NCBI GenBank assembly: GCA_965261595.1
Contig: CBDHDG010000004.1
Location: 64,001-128,000, forward strand
Length of the DNA: 64,000 nt
Direction of reading: 5' to 3'
DNA from: a bacterium
GTDB lineage: Bacteria > UBA8248 > JACPRG01 > G963555815
Shown here: piece by piece, positions 1-11,958 of the stretch
How positions within the stretch are numbered: position 1 is the first letter of the stretch
Layout of the letters: every line of letters starts with the position of its first letter
Position numbers and translations under genes: made by a program
Notes under the pieces: generated by a model
Told to the model about the DNA's origin: nothing
Database searches by the model: none
Seen by the model: the letters and a program-made list of their open reading frames with translations, nothing else

Positions 1-2320
<2,320 letters not shown>

Positions 2321-2324
<4 letters not shown>

Positions 2325-2755
2325 GAATCCGATACCACCTGAACGACCTTCTTGCGCCGGTCCTTCGGAATGTGAACCGTCAATAAGCCGTCCTGATACT
2401 GGGCGTGGATCCGGTTTGCGTGAACCGGCGCGTCAATCCGGATGATTCGCTCAAATGGGCCGAAGTTGACCTCCATCTGATGAAACTTTATTTTCTCCGA
2501 AGAGTGACAGGCGGCGCGGGTCCCCGTGATGCAGAGGTCCGGCTCCTCGTACGTGATGCCGATGGATTCTTTTGACATGCCGGCCAGATCAACGAGGACG
2601 AGAAACTCCGCCTCCGTTTCATAGGCGTCAACCGGGGGATGCCATTTGGGGTCCGGCCTGGGCAGCCCGGGGGATTGGCGCTCCAACGCGTGGTCCAGCA
2701 GCCTCTCCAGCCGCTGCTGCATGGACTCCAACTCACTGCCTAAACGTTGAGCCAC
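2321..2755 (-). CDS. Hsp20/alpha-crystallin small heat-shock protein
   Basis: C-terminal part of ORF 2321..3952: WHPPVDAYE, VDLAG, GPFER, YQDGLLTVHIPK. GTG start at 2755; stop overlaps the lon start. Confidence 0.88.
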
Positions 2756-2941
2756 AGCGTCTGTTCCCGGATTCCGCAGAACACGACAAACCGAACGTCT
2801 CTTCAACGGATCAACGATAGCACAAGCTTTTCCCGACCAACACTCGGCGTCCACACCCGGTTGACAGGCCACCCGGACCGCGCCTAGCCTTCCTTTACAG
2901 AGGGTCCGCATTGGTCGAAACGGATCTGCTTCTGAGGTTAT

Positions 2942-3928
2942 ATGCGACGGGTCGGTCTTATCGTCAATTCTCAATCCGGCAAAGACGTACGACGCATCGT
3001 CGTCGGGGGGAGCACCGCGTCTTATCAGGATAAGGTGGACCTCGCGCGCAGGGTGATCACGGGCCTGGTCGGGTCCGATGTCGAAGAGGTCCTCTTGATG
3101 CCCGATCCCACGGGATTGGCGAGCCGGACTTTGGGCGGGCTGGACAGCGGCCGGCAAGCCCGTTGCAAGATCCTGGGAAGCCTGGCCGATGGGTCCCCGG
3201 AGGATACGGATCGGGCGGTGAAGGCCATGCGAAGGGCGCGATGCGGCTGTATCATCACGGTTGGAGGGGACGGGACGCATCGCAGGGTCGCGCGCCTTTG
3301 CGGCCGGGCGCCGCTGCTCCCCTTGTCGGGCGGCACGAACAACGTTTTTTCCGAACCCCTGGACGGGCTTGTCGCCGGGCTGGCGGCGGGGGCGTTTTTG
3401 AAGGCGGGCCGGGCCCGGGGGGACCTGTGCTGGAGGGGAAAGCGTCTGGCCGTAGAGCGAAACGGGGAGCCGTTCGACGTGGCCCTGATTGACGTGGCGG
3501 TGTCCGACCACGGCGAGATCGGGGCCAAAGCCATTTGGGAAGCCGACCGGCTCAGCGAGCTGGTTCTCTCCCAGGGACTCCCGACCCGGATTGGACTTTC
3601 GGCGATCGGCGGCATGCTGGAGCCGTTGGGGCCGAGAGAGGGCGGAGGGCTTCACATCCGCTTGAATCCCCGAAGCAAGAGCGGGCGTGTTATCCGGGCG
3701 GGCATCCTGCCGGGCGTTCTGGCCAAGATCGTTGTCCAACGGGTTGTCAGGCTGAAAGACGGGGAGACGGTTTCCCTCCGAAAGCGGGCCGGGGCCTTGG
3801 CGCTTGATGGAGAGCGTGAAATTCTCATGCGCCGGAAAGAGTCGTGGCAGGTTCGTTTGGATAGGGAAGGGCCTTGGATCATCGATGTGGAAAGACGTTG
3901 CGCGAAGCGGTCGCGAGAAATTGGCTGA
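2942..3928 (+). CDS. ATP-NAD kinase / AcoX-like protein
   Basis: N-terminal GLIVNSQSGKDVRR, GGDGT motif, SGGTNNVF, LALDGEREI, typical of AcoX-type NAD kinase-fold proteins. Confidence 0.75.
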   Translation: MRRVGLIVNSQSGKDVRRIVVGGSTASYQDKVDLARRVITGLVGSDVEEVLLMPDPTGLASRTLGGLDSGRQARCKILGSLADGSPEDTDRAVKAMRRARCGCIITVGGDGTHRRVARLCGRAPLLPLSGGTNNVFSEPLDGLVAGLAAGAFLKAGRARGDLCWRGKRLAVERNGEPFDVALIDVAVSDHGEIGAKAIWEADRLSELVLSQGLPTRIGLSAIGGMLEPLGPREGGGLHIRLNPRSKSGRVIRAGILPGVLAKIVVQRVVRLKDGETVSLRKRAGALALDGEREILMRRKESWQVRLDREGPWIIDVERRCAKRSREIG

Positions 3929-4113
3929 ACGGCATGGAGCCGGATTCCCCATTAGGCTTCAGGAGCCTGAATCCGTGTTGACAAGTCCCCCGGAAATGGC
4001 TCAGATGGGCAATCGGCGCCGGACAATCAGGTGCAGGTCCGCCCGGATTTGAAATAGGGAATTCCAATCTATAGCCGTTTGCTGGTTACGAAGACGCCAA
4101 CGACGCCGAGCGA

Positions 4114-6015
4114 TTGGCCCAAGATCCGGCGATGCAGGATCTGGCGGGGCGTCTGGTCCTTGAGAAACAGGCGGCCACGACAAACACACTTTCGAGAGAG
4201 GTAAACAGAAAGTTGGCTTCCAGAACCCCAAAGATGATCGAGACCGACGTTCTTGTCGTCGGCTCAGGCGGGGCCGGAGGCGAGGCCGCCGTTCATGCCG
4301 CCAAAGGGGGCGCGCGGGTCCTCATTCTCGACCGGGGCACTTTCGGACGAAGCGGCGGAACCATCACAGCGGGTCATACCTGCACGGCCGCGGTTGGCGA
4401 GGACGACACCCCGGACCTCCACTTTCGAGACACCGTCATCGGCGGCTACTGCATGTCCGACCAACGCCTCGTCGAACTGTACGCGAGGGAATCGCCCGAA
4501 ACATTGTACGAGTTGGACGCGTGGGGCGGCGGCCAGACATTCCGGAAGGACCGGGACGGGAATTTCGACTTGGTCTGGCCCCCCGGCGGGCATTCCCGCA
4601 AGCGATCCGTTCATTACGGATTCATGACCGGCCCGCGCATCATGTGGGCGCTCCGACGGGAGATTGACCGGCTCAAAGTCCCCTGGATGGAAAATATCCT
4701 CGTTTCCAGTCTCCTGACGGAGGATGGCAGGGTCACGGGCGTGACCGGAATGGACTTGAAGAGCGGGGAGTTCAGTGTCTTCAAGGCGAAGGCGGTTATT
4801 CTGGCCGCCGGCGGCTACTCCACCCTGTGGCCCTACCGGTTCACGACCAACGCGGTCGAGACCGGGGGCGACGTGCACGGCATGGCGTTCCGGGCGGGGG
4901 CGGAATTGGTCGATATGGAATTTATCCAGTTCGTCCCGGCGCAAGTCGATCCCCGCATCACTCACATCAATCCCACATTGACGAATTTCCCCGGTTGGCG
5001 GCCCGAGATCCGGAAGCACGGAAGGTTCCGAAACGCCCTGGGCGAAGACTTTCTCGCCAACTACGATCACATTCGGAAATGGCACACGACGCGAGACGTG
5101 CGTTCGTTCGCCATCTACAACGAGGTGCGGAAAGGGCGGGGCTCCCCCCACGACGGGTGTTACATGGACCTGACCACCGTTCCATCGGACGTCATGGATT
5201 ACGAGTTCAGCAAATTCCAGGGCGGCAGGTCCGTGCCCAGAAGCTATATGGTCAAATGTGAGCGCATCGGTTTCGACCTGTCCAAAGAAGCGATGGAAGT
5301 GGGCGCCAAGGCTCATTTCACGGGGGGAGGCGTCCGGACCGGGCTGGACATGATGTCGGACGTTCAGGGACTTTACGCGGCCGGGGAGGCCCAGGGCGGC
5401 GTGCACGGGGCGAACCGGCTGGGAGGGAACGCCCTGACGCATGTCTTGGCCTTCGGGAGAATCGCCGGCCGTGAGGCGGCGGTCTACGCCGCTCGTCACG
5501 CCGACGGAAACGTCTCGGCTTCCAGGGTGGAGGAGGAGCGCCGGCGGATTTTTCGCTGGACGGACACCGGCGAATCATCCGGTCAGAGCCCCATTCGGAT
5601 TCGGCAATTGATGCAGGAAACCATGTGGGAGAAAGTGGGAATCATACGGAACAAGGAAGACCTCACCGCCGCGCTCGACTGGTTTGCCGAGGCCAAGCGA
5701 GAGCTGCTTCCCAAGGCCGGGATCGACGCCAAGCCCAAGGCATTCAATTTGGAATGGGCGACCGCCGTCCTTCTTCCGCACCAGCTCGACACCTGTATGT
5801 TGGTGGCCCGAGCGGCCTTGGAGCGGACCGAAAGCCGAGGCAATCATCACCGGGACGATTATCTCAAGATGGACAAGGAAAAATGGCAATGTAACACCTA
5901 CCTTCGCCTTTCGGAGGACGGGGCCGTCGCGCTTCGTTCGGAACCCATTCACGTGACGACCGTCGATCCGCTGGAAATCGGCGACGAACGTCCGCAAATC
6001 GAGGCCGAAAAATGA
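4114..6015 (+). CDS. FAD-dependent oxidoreductase, SdhA/FrdA/NadB flavoprotein superfamily (start uncertain)
   Basis: DVLVVGSGGAG Rossmann motif, DMEFIQF, GLYAAGE..GVHGANRLGGNAL, RTESRGNHHRDD C-terminal domain. Confidence 0.85.
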   Translation: MAQDPAMQDLAGRLVLEKQAATTNTLSREVNRKLASRTPKMIETDVLVVGSGGAGGEAAVHAAKGGARVLILDRGTFGRSGGTITAGHTCTAAVGEDDTPDLHFRDTVIGGYCMSDQRLVELYARESPETLYELDAWGGGQTFRKDRDGNFDLVWPPGGHSRKRSVHYGFMTGPRIMWALRREIDRLKVPWMENILVSSLLTEDGRVTGVTGMDLKSGEFSVFKAKAVILAAGGYSTLWPYRFTTNAVETGGDVHGMAFRAGAELVDMEFIQFVPAQVDPRITHINPTLTNFPGWRPEIRKHGRFRNALGEDFLANYDHIRKWHTTRDVRSFAIYNEVRKGRGSPHDGCYMDLTTVPSDVMDYEFSKFQGGRSVPRSYMVKCERIGFDLSKEAMEVGAKAHFTGGGVRTGLDMMSDVQGLYAAGEAQGGVHGANRLGGNALTHVLAFGRIAGREAAVYAARHADGNVSASRVEEERRRIFRWTDTGESSGQSPIRIRQLMQETMWEKVGIIRNKEDLTAALDWFAEAKRELLPKAGIDAKPKAFNLEWATAVLLPHQLDTCMLVARAALERTESRGNHHRDDYLKMDKEKWQCNTYLRLSEDGAVALRSEPIHVTTVDPLEIGDERPQIEAEK

Positions 6016-6253
6016 ACGGTCCGAATCTTCCGATCGAGGTCAACGGATTCGAGCCCATCGATGACCCGAGAAAAGATTGCGGAGGGGGCGGGTGTCCTGT
6101 GCGCGCGCCCGGGTTTCTTTGGAGACGCCCGGTGCCATATGCACAAACCGGGGATTTCGCTAGAAATCAGGATTTCGAAGATTGAGGCGGCGTTATTCAT
6201 TTCAATCGAATCACCCGCCGGACCCCGCCTTCACCCGCCGGACACCCCTTGCC

Positions 6254-6282
6254 TTGACAGCCTCATGCCTCCCTTTTATATT
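6254..6282 (+). promoter_or_regulatory. sigma70-type promoter upstream of miaB
   Basis: TTGACA (6254-6259), 17-bp spacer, TATATT (6277-6282). Confidence 0.65.
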
Positions 6283-6339
6283 GAAATCGGTAGCTTTCGG
6301 CGGGCCGGGACGGCTCTTCTTTCCGGGGAATCCAGAGCG

Positions 6340-7662
6340 ATGAGCGGGAAATACTCAATCCTGACCTATGGCTGTCAGATGAACGAGAATGACTCGGAGT
6401 GGATTTCGGGGATTCTTCATCAAGACGGCTACAGTCGGGCGGACAACGCTTCAGACGCCGACCTGATCCTTCTGAACACATGCAGCATCCGGGATAAAGC
6501 CGAGCACAAGATGTTCAGCGACCTGGGCCGGCTCGCCCTCCTCAAAAAAGAAAATCCGAACCTCAAGATTGGCGTGTGCGGCTGTGTCGCCCAGCGGATA
6601 GGGGCCGAAATCGTCAGGCGCGCGCCCTTCGTGGATTTGGTGTTCGGAACGCAGAATATCGCCAAGCTTCCCGATCTCCTCGGGCAAATGCGGGACCGGG
6701 GGGACCGGGGGAAGAGCGTTGTCGACATCGAGCCGGTTCCGTTCGACTGGGACGCCGACACGCCGGCCATTCGCAAATCGAAGCTCAAGGCATTCGTGAC
6801 CGTGTCCGTCGGGTGCAACAAGAATTGCTCCTTCTGCATCGTCCCCATCACGCGCGGCCGAGAGGTCAGCAAGCCGAAAGATGTCATCCTGAAGGAAACA
6901 CGGATCCTCGCGGAGGAGAGTTGCAAGGAGGTCACCCTCCTGGGCCAGAACGTCAATTCCTATGGCTGGGATCTCGCGAAAAAGTCCACATTTCCTGACT
7001 TGCTGCGCAGCGTCGCGGGTGTAGACCGGATCGAACGGGTCCGGTTTACAACCTCTCACCCCCGCGATCTCTCCCCGGAGCTTATCGATGTAATGGCCTC
7101 CGAGGCGAAGGTGTGCGAGTATTTTCATCTGCCCATTCAATCGGGCTCGGACGTCATGTTGAAAAAGATGTATCGCGGTTATACTTCAAGGCAATACATT
7201 GATAAAGTTAATGCGTTACGTGAACGAATTCCCCGTATAGCCCTGACGACCGATTTCATTACCGGATTTCCGGGAGAGACCGACGAAGATCACAAGAAAT
7301 CGATGAAAGTTCTTGCGGAAGTTGAATTCGATAATATCTTCTTGTTCAAGTACTCGATTCGACCCGGCACACCCGCGGCCGGACTTGGGGATCAGGTGCC
7401 GGCGGAGGCGAAGGCGGAACGGTTCGACGATTTGATGAGCCTTCAGAGAAAGATCACCGAGCGGAAGAATCAATCGTTGCAGGGAAGAACGCAGGAGGTT
7501 TTGGTGGAAGGGCCCAGTCCCAAGGACCTGGGAAAACTGACCGGCCGGACGCGAACCAACAAGATTGTTAACTTCTACGGGCCGCTTCAGATGGTCGGCC
7601 GGACCCTCCCACTCAAGATCACCCGGTGCGGGCTTTACAGTCTCGAAGGCAAAGCGGCGTAG
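6340..7662 (+). CDS. miaB: tRNA-2-methylthio-N6-dimethylallyladenosine synthase MiaB
   Basis: TYGCQMNENDS, NTCSIR, GCNKNCSFC radical SAM motif, LLGQNVNSY, C-terminal TRAM domain. Confidence 0.95.
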   Translation: MSGKYSILTYGCQMNENDSEWISGILHQDGYSRADNASDADLILLNTCSIRDKAEHKMFSDLGRLALLKKENPNLKIGVCGCVAQRIGAEIVRRAPFVDLVFGTQNIAKLPDLLGQMRDRGDRGKSVVDIEPVPFDWDADTPAIRKSKLKAFVTVSVGCNKNCSFCIVPITRGREVSKPKDVILKETRILAEESCKEVTLLGQNVNSYGWDLAKKSTFPDLLRSVAGVDRIERVRFTTSHPRDLSPELIDVMASEAKVCEYFHLPIQSGSDVMLKKMYRGYTSRQYIDKVNALRERIPRIALTTDFITGFPGETDEDHKKSMKVLAEVEFDNIFLFKYSIRPGTPAAGLGDQVPAEAKAERFDDLMSLQRKITERKNQSLQGRTQEVLVEGPSPKDLGKLTGRTRTNKIVNFYGPLQMVGRTLPLKITRCGLYSLEGKAA

Positions 7663-7676
7663 GGACGGGGAGGATT

Positions 7677-8195
7677 ATGAGCATGCTTGAGATGAAGGTT
7701 AAGGGTCTGACACTGGATCCCCTCACCAATATGCCGATTGTGATCCTCAAGGACACCGACGAGAAGAAGGTTCTTCCCATCTGGGTCGGCATTTTCGAGG
7801 CGAATGCCATCGCGTTGGAGATGGAGCAGGTCAGCACGCCCCGTCCCATGACGCACGACCTGCTCAAGAACATCATCGAAGGCTTTCAGGCCCAGGTCGC
7901 GCGGATTGTCGTCAATGATTTAAAGGACAACACCTTTTACGCGGTCATTACAATCAATCTCAACGGCAACGAAGTGCTCATCGATGCCCGCCCGTCGGAT
8001 GCCATCGCCCTCGCCTTGCGTGTGAACGCCCCGATTTTCGTGGCTGAGAAGGTCATCGAAGAGGCCAAGAGCATCGAGTTCACCGAGCAGGTGGCGTCAG
8101 GTGAGCGGGAGGGCGAAAACATGCCCGAAAGTGATGATTGGAAAAAATGGCTGGAAAATCTCAAACCCGAGGATTTCGGCAAGTACGAAATATAA
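7677..8195 (+). CDS. Bifunctional nuclease family protein (DUF151)
   Basis: LPIWVGIFEANAI, PRPMTHDL, IDARPSDAIALALR; usual position after miaB. Confidence 0.9.
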   Translation: MSMLEMKVKGLTLDPLTNMPIVILKDTDEKKVLPIWVGIFEANAIALEMEQVSTPRPMTHDLLKNIIEGFQAQVARIVVNDLKDNTFYAVITINLNGNEVLIDARPSDAIALALRVNAPIFVAEKVIEEAKSIEFTEQVASGEREGENMPESDDWKKWLENLKPEDFGKYEI

Positions 8196-8620
8196 GGGCG
8201 GCCCAAACGGTTTTACTTCGCAAATCCGACGTATTCTTTCTCTTCCTTTATTCGGGTTTCATCTTCTTCCTTTCAACGCGCCCGGCGCCCGCTCCCTCTT
8301 ACATTCTTTTTCCCCACATCGACAAACTCTTTCACGCCATCGAGTACGGCGTGTTGGGTTGGTTATGGTTTCGCGTCCTGGGCCGAGCCGGTCCCGAAGG
8401 CCGGGGGCTCAAGGCGCCGCTCCTCTCGCTGATCATCTGCCTGATCTACGCCGCGGCGGATGAGTCCCTGCAACGTCTTGCGCCCAATCGGCTGTCCTCG
8501 GCGGGGGACGTGCTCGCCGACGGCGCCGGCGCGGCGATCGCCATCGGCTTGGGCCGGTGGGCGCGCGGGCGGGGCGTCCGGAAGGCCGGGGGGAAACTTT
8601 CGCGTGCGTCGGGGCTGTGA
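8138..8620 (+). CDS. VanZ-like membrane protein (start uncertain, probably downstream of 8138)
   Basis: DKLFHAIEYGVLG and YAAADESLQ...R.SSAGDVLAD motifs with hydrophobic helices. Confidence 0.8.
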   Translation: MEKMAGKSQTRGFRQVRNIRAAQTVLLRKSDVFFLFLYSGFIFFLSTRPAPAPSYILFPHIDKLFHAIEYGVLGWLWFRVLGRAGPEGRGLKAPLLSLIICLIYAAADESLQRLAPNRLSSAGDVLADGAGAAIAIGLGRWARGRGVRKAGGKLSRASGL

Positions 8621-8686
8621 CATACTGCGCCGCAAAGGGATGTCCCCGCTCAGAAATGGATACCGCATGAAAAAGAGGTGCTGCTG

Positions 8687-9694
8687 ATGGCTCGGATCAT
8701 CCATCCGGTGAGAGGACTTCCCTTGATTCATCGGCCGAGGCGCCTGCGTGAAACCCCGGCCATTCGGCGGATGGTCCGGGAGACGCGTCTCGACCCTTCG
8801 GCGTTCATTTTCCCGATGTTCGTTGTCCCCGGAGAGAACGTCCGCACGGAGATCCCCCCGATGCCGGGGAATTTTCAGCTTTCCCTGGATATTCTCATCG
8901 ACGAGGCCGCCGAGGTGGTCGAAGCCGGCGTTCCGGCCGTAATGCTGTTCGGCATCCCGGAGACGAAGGATGAGGAGGCGACAGGCGCCTGGGCGGAGGA
9001 CGGCATCATCCAGCGGGCGACGCGGGCGCTGAAGCGGGCGCACCCGGGGCTGGTGGTGATCGCCGACACCTGCCTGTGCGAGTACATGAGTCACGGTCAC
9101 TGCGGCGTGGTCGCCGAGGACGGCCGGGTGGAGAACGACGCCTCGGTGGAGATCCTCGCCCGGACGGCCGTTTCCCAGGCCCGGGCGGGGGCGGACATGG
9201 TGGCGCCCTCGGACATGATGGACGGCCGGATCGGGGCCATCCGGGAGACCCTGGACGAAGAGGGCTTCTCGCGTGTTCCGATCATGAGTTATGCCGCCAA
9301 GTACGCGACCTGCTTTTACGGACCCTTCCGGGTCGCCGCGGACTCCACGCCGGCTTTCGGGGACCGGCGCTCCTACCAGATGGACCCGGCCAATGTCCGG
9401 GAGGCCCTTCGGGAGGTCGCCCTGGACATCGAGGAAGGGGCGGACATCATCATGGTCAAACCCGCGCTTCCATACCTGGATGTGATCTGCCGCGTCCGCG
9501 AGGCCTTTGACGCGCCCGTGGCGGCCTATCAGGTCAGCGGGGAGTTCGCCATGATCAAGGCCGCCGCGCAAAATGGCTGGATCGATGGAGAGCTGGCGAT
9601 GATGGAGGCGTTGACATCGATCAAACGGGCGGGCGCCGATCTCATCCTGACCTATTTCGCGAAGGACGCCGCCCGGCTTCTGAAGGCCGGATAA
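8687..9694 (+). CDS. hemB: Porphobilinogen synthase
   Basis: [20 protein letters not shown]n site, [13 protein letters not shown] catalytic Lys. Confidence 0.96.
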   Translation: MARIIHPVRGLPLIHRPRRLRETPAIRRMVRETRLDPSAFIFPMFVVPGENVRTEIPPMPGNFQLSLDILIDEAAEVVEAGVPAVMLFGIPETKDEEATGAWAEDGIIQRATRALKRAHPGLVVIADTCLCEYMSHGHCGVVAEDGRVENDASVEILARTAVSQARAGADMVAPSDMMDGRIGAIRETLDEEGFSRVPIMSYAAKYATCFYGPFRVAADSTPAFGDRRSYQMDPANVREALREVALDIEEGADIIMVKPALPYLDVICRVREAFDAPVAAYQVSGEFAMIKAAAQNGWIDGELAMMEALTSIKRAGADLILTYFAKDAARLLKAG

Positions 9695-9729
9695 AGAACG
9701 GCCGGGAGGGGGGAGAGAGGCGGGTTGAA

Positions 9730-10155
9730 GTGGCTTCGGAAGAATCGGTTTTGGCCGAAGAGGAATTTCTGGGGCGTCCCATCCGGCTGGAGGCGCGGTG
9801 GCAGGGGGCCGACTTGGCCATCCGTCTCTACGGCGGGAGCCGCGCCCATATCGGATCGGTGGTCTTCGCCGTTGTCAGGCCCAGTCTTCGGGACCCCGAC
9901 ATCACGTCCTCGACCGCAAGCGTTTTGAATCGCCCGGGCCACCGGGACGAATGGCCGGCCCGGCGGATTGCCGAAGATTTTTCATCCCGCCTCAAGACGA
10001 ATGTGGCGGTTCTGTGCAGCATCCACTATGACGGGTTGGATCGCGAACAGATAGAAGACGTGAACCGGTTGTGTGGTTCGCTCGCGCGCAAGGTCCTCCC
10101 GCTTCTTGACGAGCAGGCGCGGAGGAGGCCGGAGACGGGAGATGTCTTGGATTAA
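9730..10155 (+). CDS. LpdD-like (prenylated-flavin chaperone / proteasome-assembly-chaperone fold) small protein
   Basis: Motif pattern GG..AHIG ... GHRD ... SIHYD as recalled for LpdD-like proteins; 141 aa. Confidence 0.55.
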   Translation: MASEESVLAEEEFLGRPIRLEARWQGADLAIRLYGGSRAHIGSVVFAVVRPSLRDPDITSSTASVLNRPGHRDEWPARRIAEDFSSRLKTNVAVLCSIHYDGLDREQIEDVNRLCGSLARKVLPLLDEQARRRPETGDVLD

Positions 10156-10255
10156 TGACGTTGTGGCGCCGGAACCCGATTCTCTCATCCAGTGCGCCAC
10201 GTTCGGATCAAGAATGATTGGCGCACATGGTGATTGAGCGGCAGGGGAGAAACCC

Positions 10256-11455
10256 TTGGTGAAAAGAAAAGAGATTGTCTTCCTGAGCGGGGCGCGGACG
10301 CCCATCGGCTCTTTCGGGAAGACCTTGAAGGACTTCACCGCGACCGAGTTGGGGACCGTGGCCGCGAAGGGGGCATTGGCTCGCTCGGGAATCTCGCCCG
10401 AGGACATCGACCACGTCGTCTTCGGCAACGTGAACCAGACCAGTGAAGACGCCGCCTATCTGGCCCGGCACGTGGGACTGAACGCGGGCGTCCCCATCGC
10501 CACCCCCGCCCTGACCGTCAACCGGCTTTGCGCATCCGGTTTTCAGGCCGTGATCGAAGGGGCCTATCAACTCCTGTTGGGCGAGTCCGATTTCGTTCTG
10601 GTGGGCGGCGCCGAATCCATGAGCCGGGCCCCCCACGCGATGTACGGGGCCCGGTGGGGTTTCAATCTGGGGGAGGGAAAGCTGGTGGACACCCTGGCCG
10701 CCGGTTTGACCGATGCCCGGTGCGGGTGCGGCATGGGAGTCACCGCCGAAAACCTTGCCCGGAAGTACGGCGTCACCCGCGAGGAATCCGACCATTTCGC
10801 CTTCCAAAGCCAGCAGCGCACAAAAGAGGCGGTCTCCTCGGGCAGGCTGGCGGAGGAGATCGTTCCGGTGATCGTCAAGGGCCGTAAGGGCGAGGAGACC
10901 CCCTTTCAGGTGGACGAGCATCCCCGGCCCGACGTGACGCCCGAGAAGCTGGCCGGGCTCGCGCCTGTCTTCCATGAGGATGGAATTGTCACGGCCGGCA
11001 ACTCCAGCGGGATCAACGATGCCGCCGCGGCCCTGGTCATGACGACGGCCGAGGCGGCCAGGAAAAGGGGCCTATCCCCCATGGGCCGGCTTCTCTCCTG
11101 GGGCGTGTCCGGCGTCGAGCCGGAGATCATGGGGATCGGGCCCGTCCCGGCGTCCAAGACCGCTTTGGACCGGGCGGGGCTCACGCTCGATGACATGGAG
11201 GTCATCGAGGTGAACGAGGCTTTCGCGGCCCAGTACCTGGCCGTGGAGAAGGAGATGGGGCTGGATCGGTCGATCGTCAACGTCAACGGCGGGGCCGTGG
11301 CCCTCGGGCACCCGGTCGGGGCGACGGGCGCGCGGTTGACCCTGACCCTCCTGATGGAGCTGGGTCTCACCGGAAAGAAGCTGGGTCTCGCGACGGCTTG
11401 CGTAGGCGGCGGGCAGGGGGTGGCCCTCGTCCTGGGCGCCGCGGAGTCGTCCTGA
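10256..11455 (+). CDS. Acetyl-CoA C-acyltransferase (thiolase)
   Basis: NRLCASG, NEAFA, GHPVGATG, ACVGGGQG catalytic motifs. Confidence 0.95.
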   Translation: MVKRKEIVFLSGARTPIGSFGKTLKDFTATELGTVAAKGALARSGISPEDIDHVVFGNVNQTSEDAAYLARHVGLNAGVPIATPALTVNRLCASGFQAVIEGAYQLLLGESDFVLVGGAESMSRAPHAMYGARWGFNLGEGKLVDTLAAGLTDARCGCGMGVTAENLARKYGVTREESDHFAFQSQQRTKEAVSSGRLAEEIVPVIVKGRKGEETPFQVDEHPRPDVTPEKLAGLAPVFHEDGIVTAGNSSGINDAAAALVMTTAEAARKRGLSPMGRLLSWGVSGVEPEIMGIGPVPASKTALDRAGLTLDDMEVIEVNEAFAAQYLAVEKEMGLDRSIVNVNGGAVALGHPVGATGARLTLTLLMELGLTGKKLGLATACVGGGQGVALVLGAAESS

Positions 11456-11492
11456 GGTTTCGGGTCTTTCGCGATTGAACGGATGCGGGTCA

Positions 11493-11873
11493 ATGAACGA
11501 CGACGATTTCCTCGGGCTGGTTGAGGATGTGATCGAAGGGGTCTGCCGAGAGTTGGACGCCGAGGTGGGCGCGCGGCTGGAGAACGTCGAGATCTGCGTC
11601 GAGACGTGGCCGACCGAGGAGGTTCTCGACGCGGTCGGCGTCGCGGAGGGGGGGACGCTCTACGGCCTGTATCAGGGGATCCCCCGCACCGAGCGGTCCT
11701 TTTTCCAGGCCACGGCCTTTCCCGACCGGATTACGCTCTACCGAGGGCCCATTGAGTTGGAGGCCGCCGACCCGGCCGCGCTGCGCGGAATCGTCCGCAA
11801 GACCGTCATCCACGAAATCGCCCACCATTTCGGAATCAGCGACGAAAGATTGATCGAGCTGGGCGCGTACTGA
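11493..11873 (+). CDS. Zincin-like metallopeptidase (DUF1025 family)
   Basis: LYGLYQGIP, PDRITLYR, HEIAHHFG (HEXXH). Confidence 0.88.
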   Translation: MNDDDFLGLVEDVIEGVCRELDAEVGARLENVEICVETWPTEEVLDAVGVAEGGTLYGLYQGIPRTERSFFQATAFPDRITLYRGPIELEAADPAALRGIVRKTVIHEIAHHFGISDERLIELGAY

Positions 11874-11958
11874 GCGCCGTCCCGCCGGGAATAGCCCGCC
11901 ATCCATTCCGATGGACCGTTCTTCGACCGCAAAATGGATGGGTGATGAGAAGTCCGGC

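Noticed and set aside
2756..2941. CIRCE heat-shock operator upstream of hsp20-lon
   Set aside because: Only partial TAGCAC/ACACTC words; no TTAGCACTC-N9-GAGTGCTAA inverted repeat.
2756..3952. Long N-terminal extension of the 543-aa ORF 2321..3952
   Set aside because: Antisense shadow of the AcoX-like gene; only the last ~144 aa are Hsp20.
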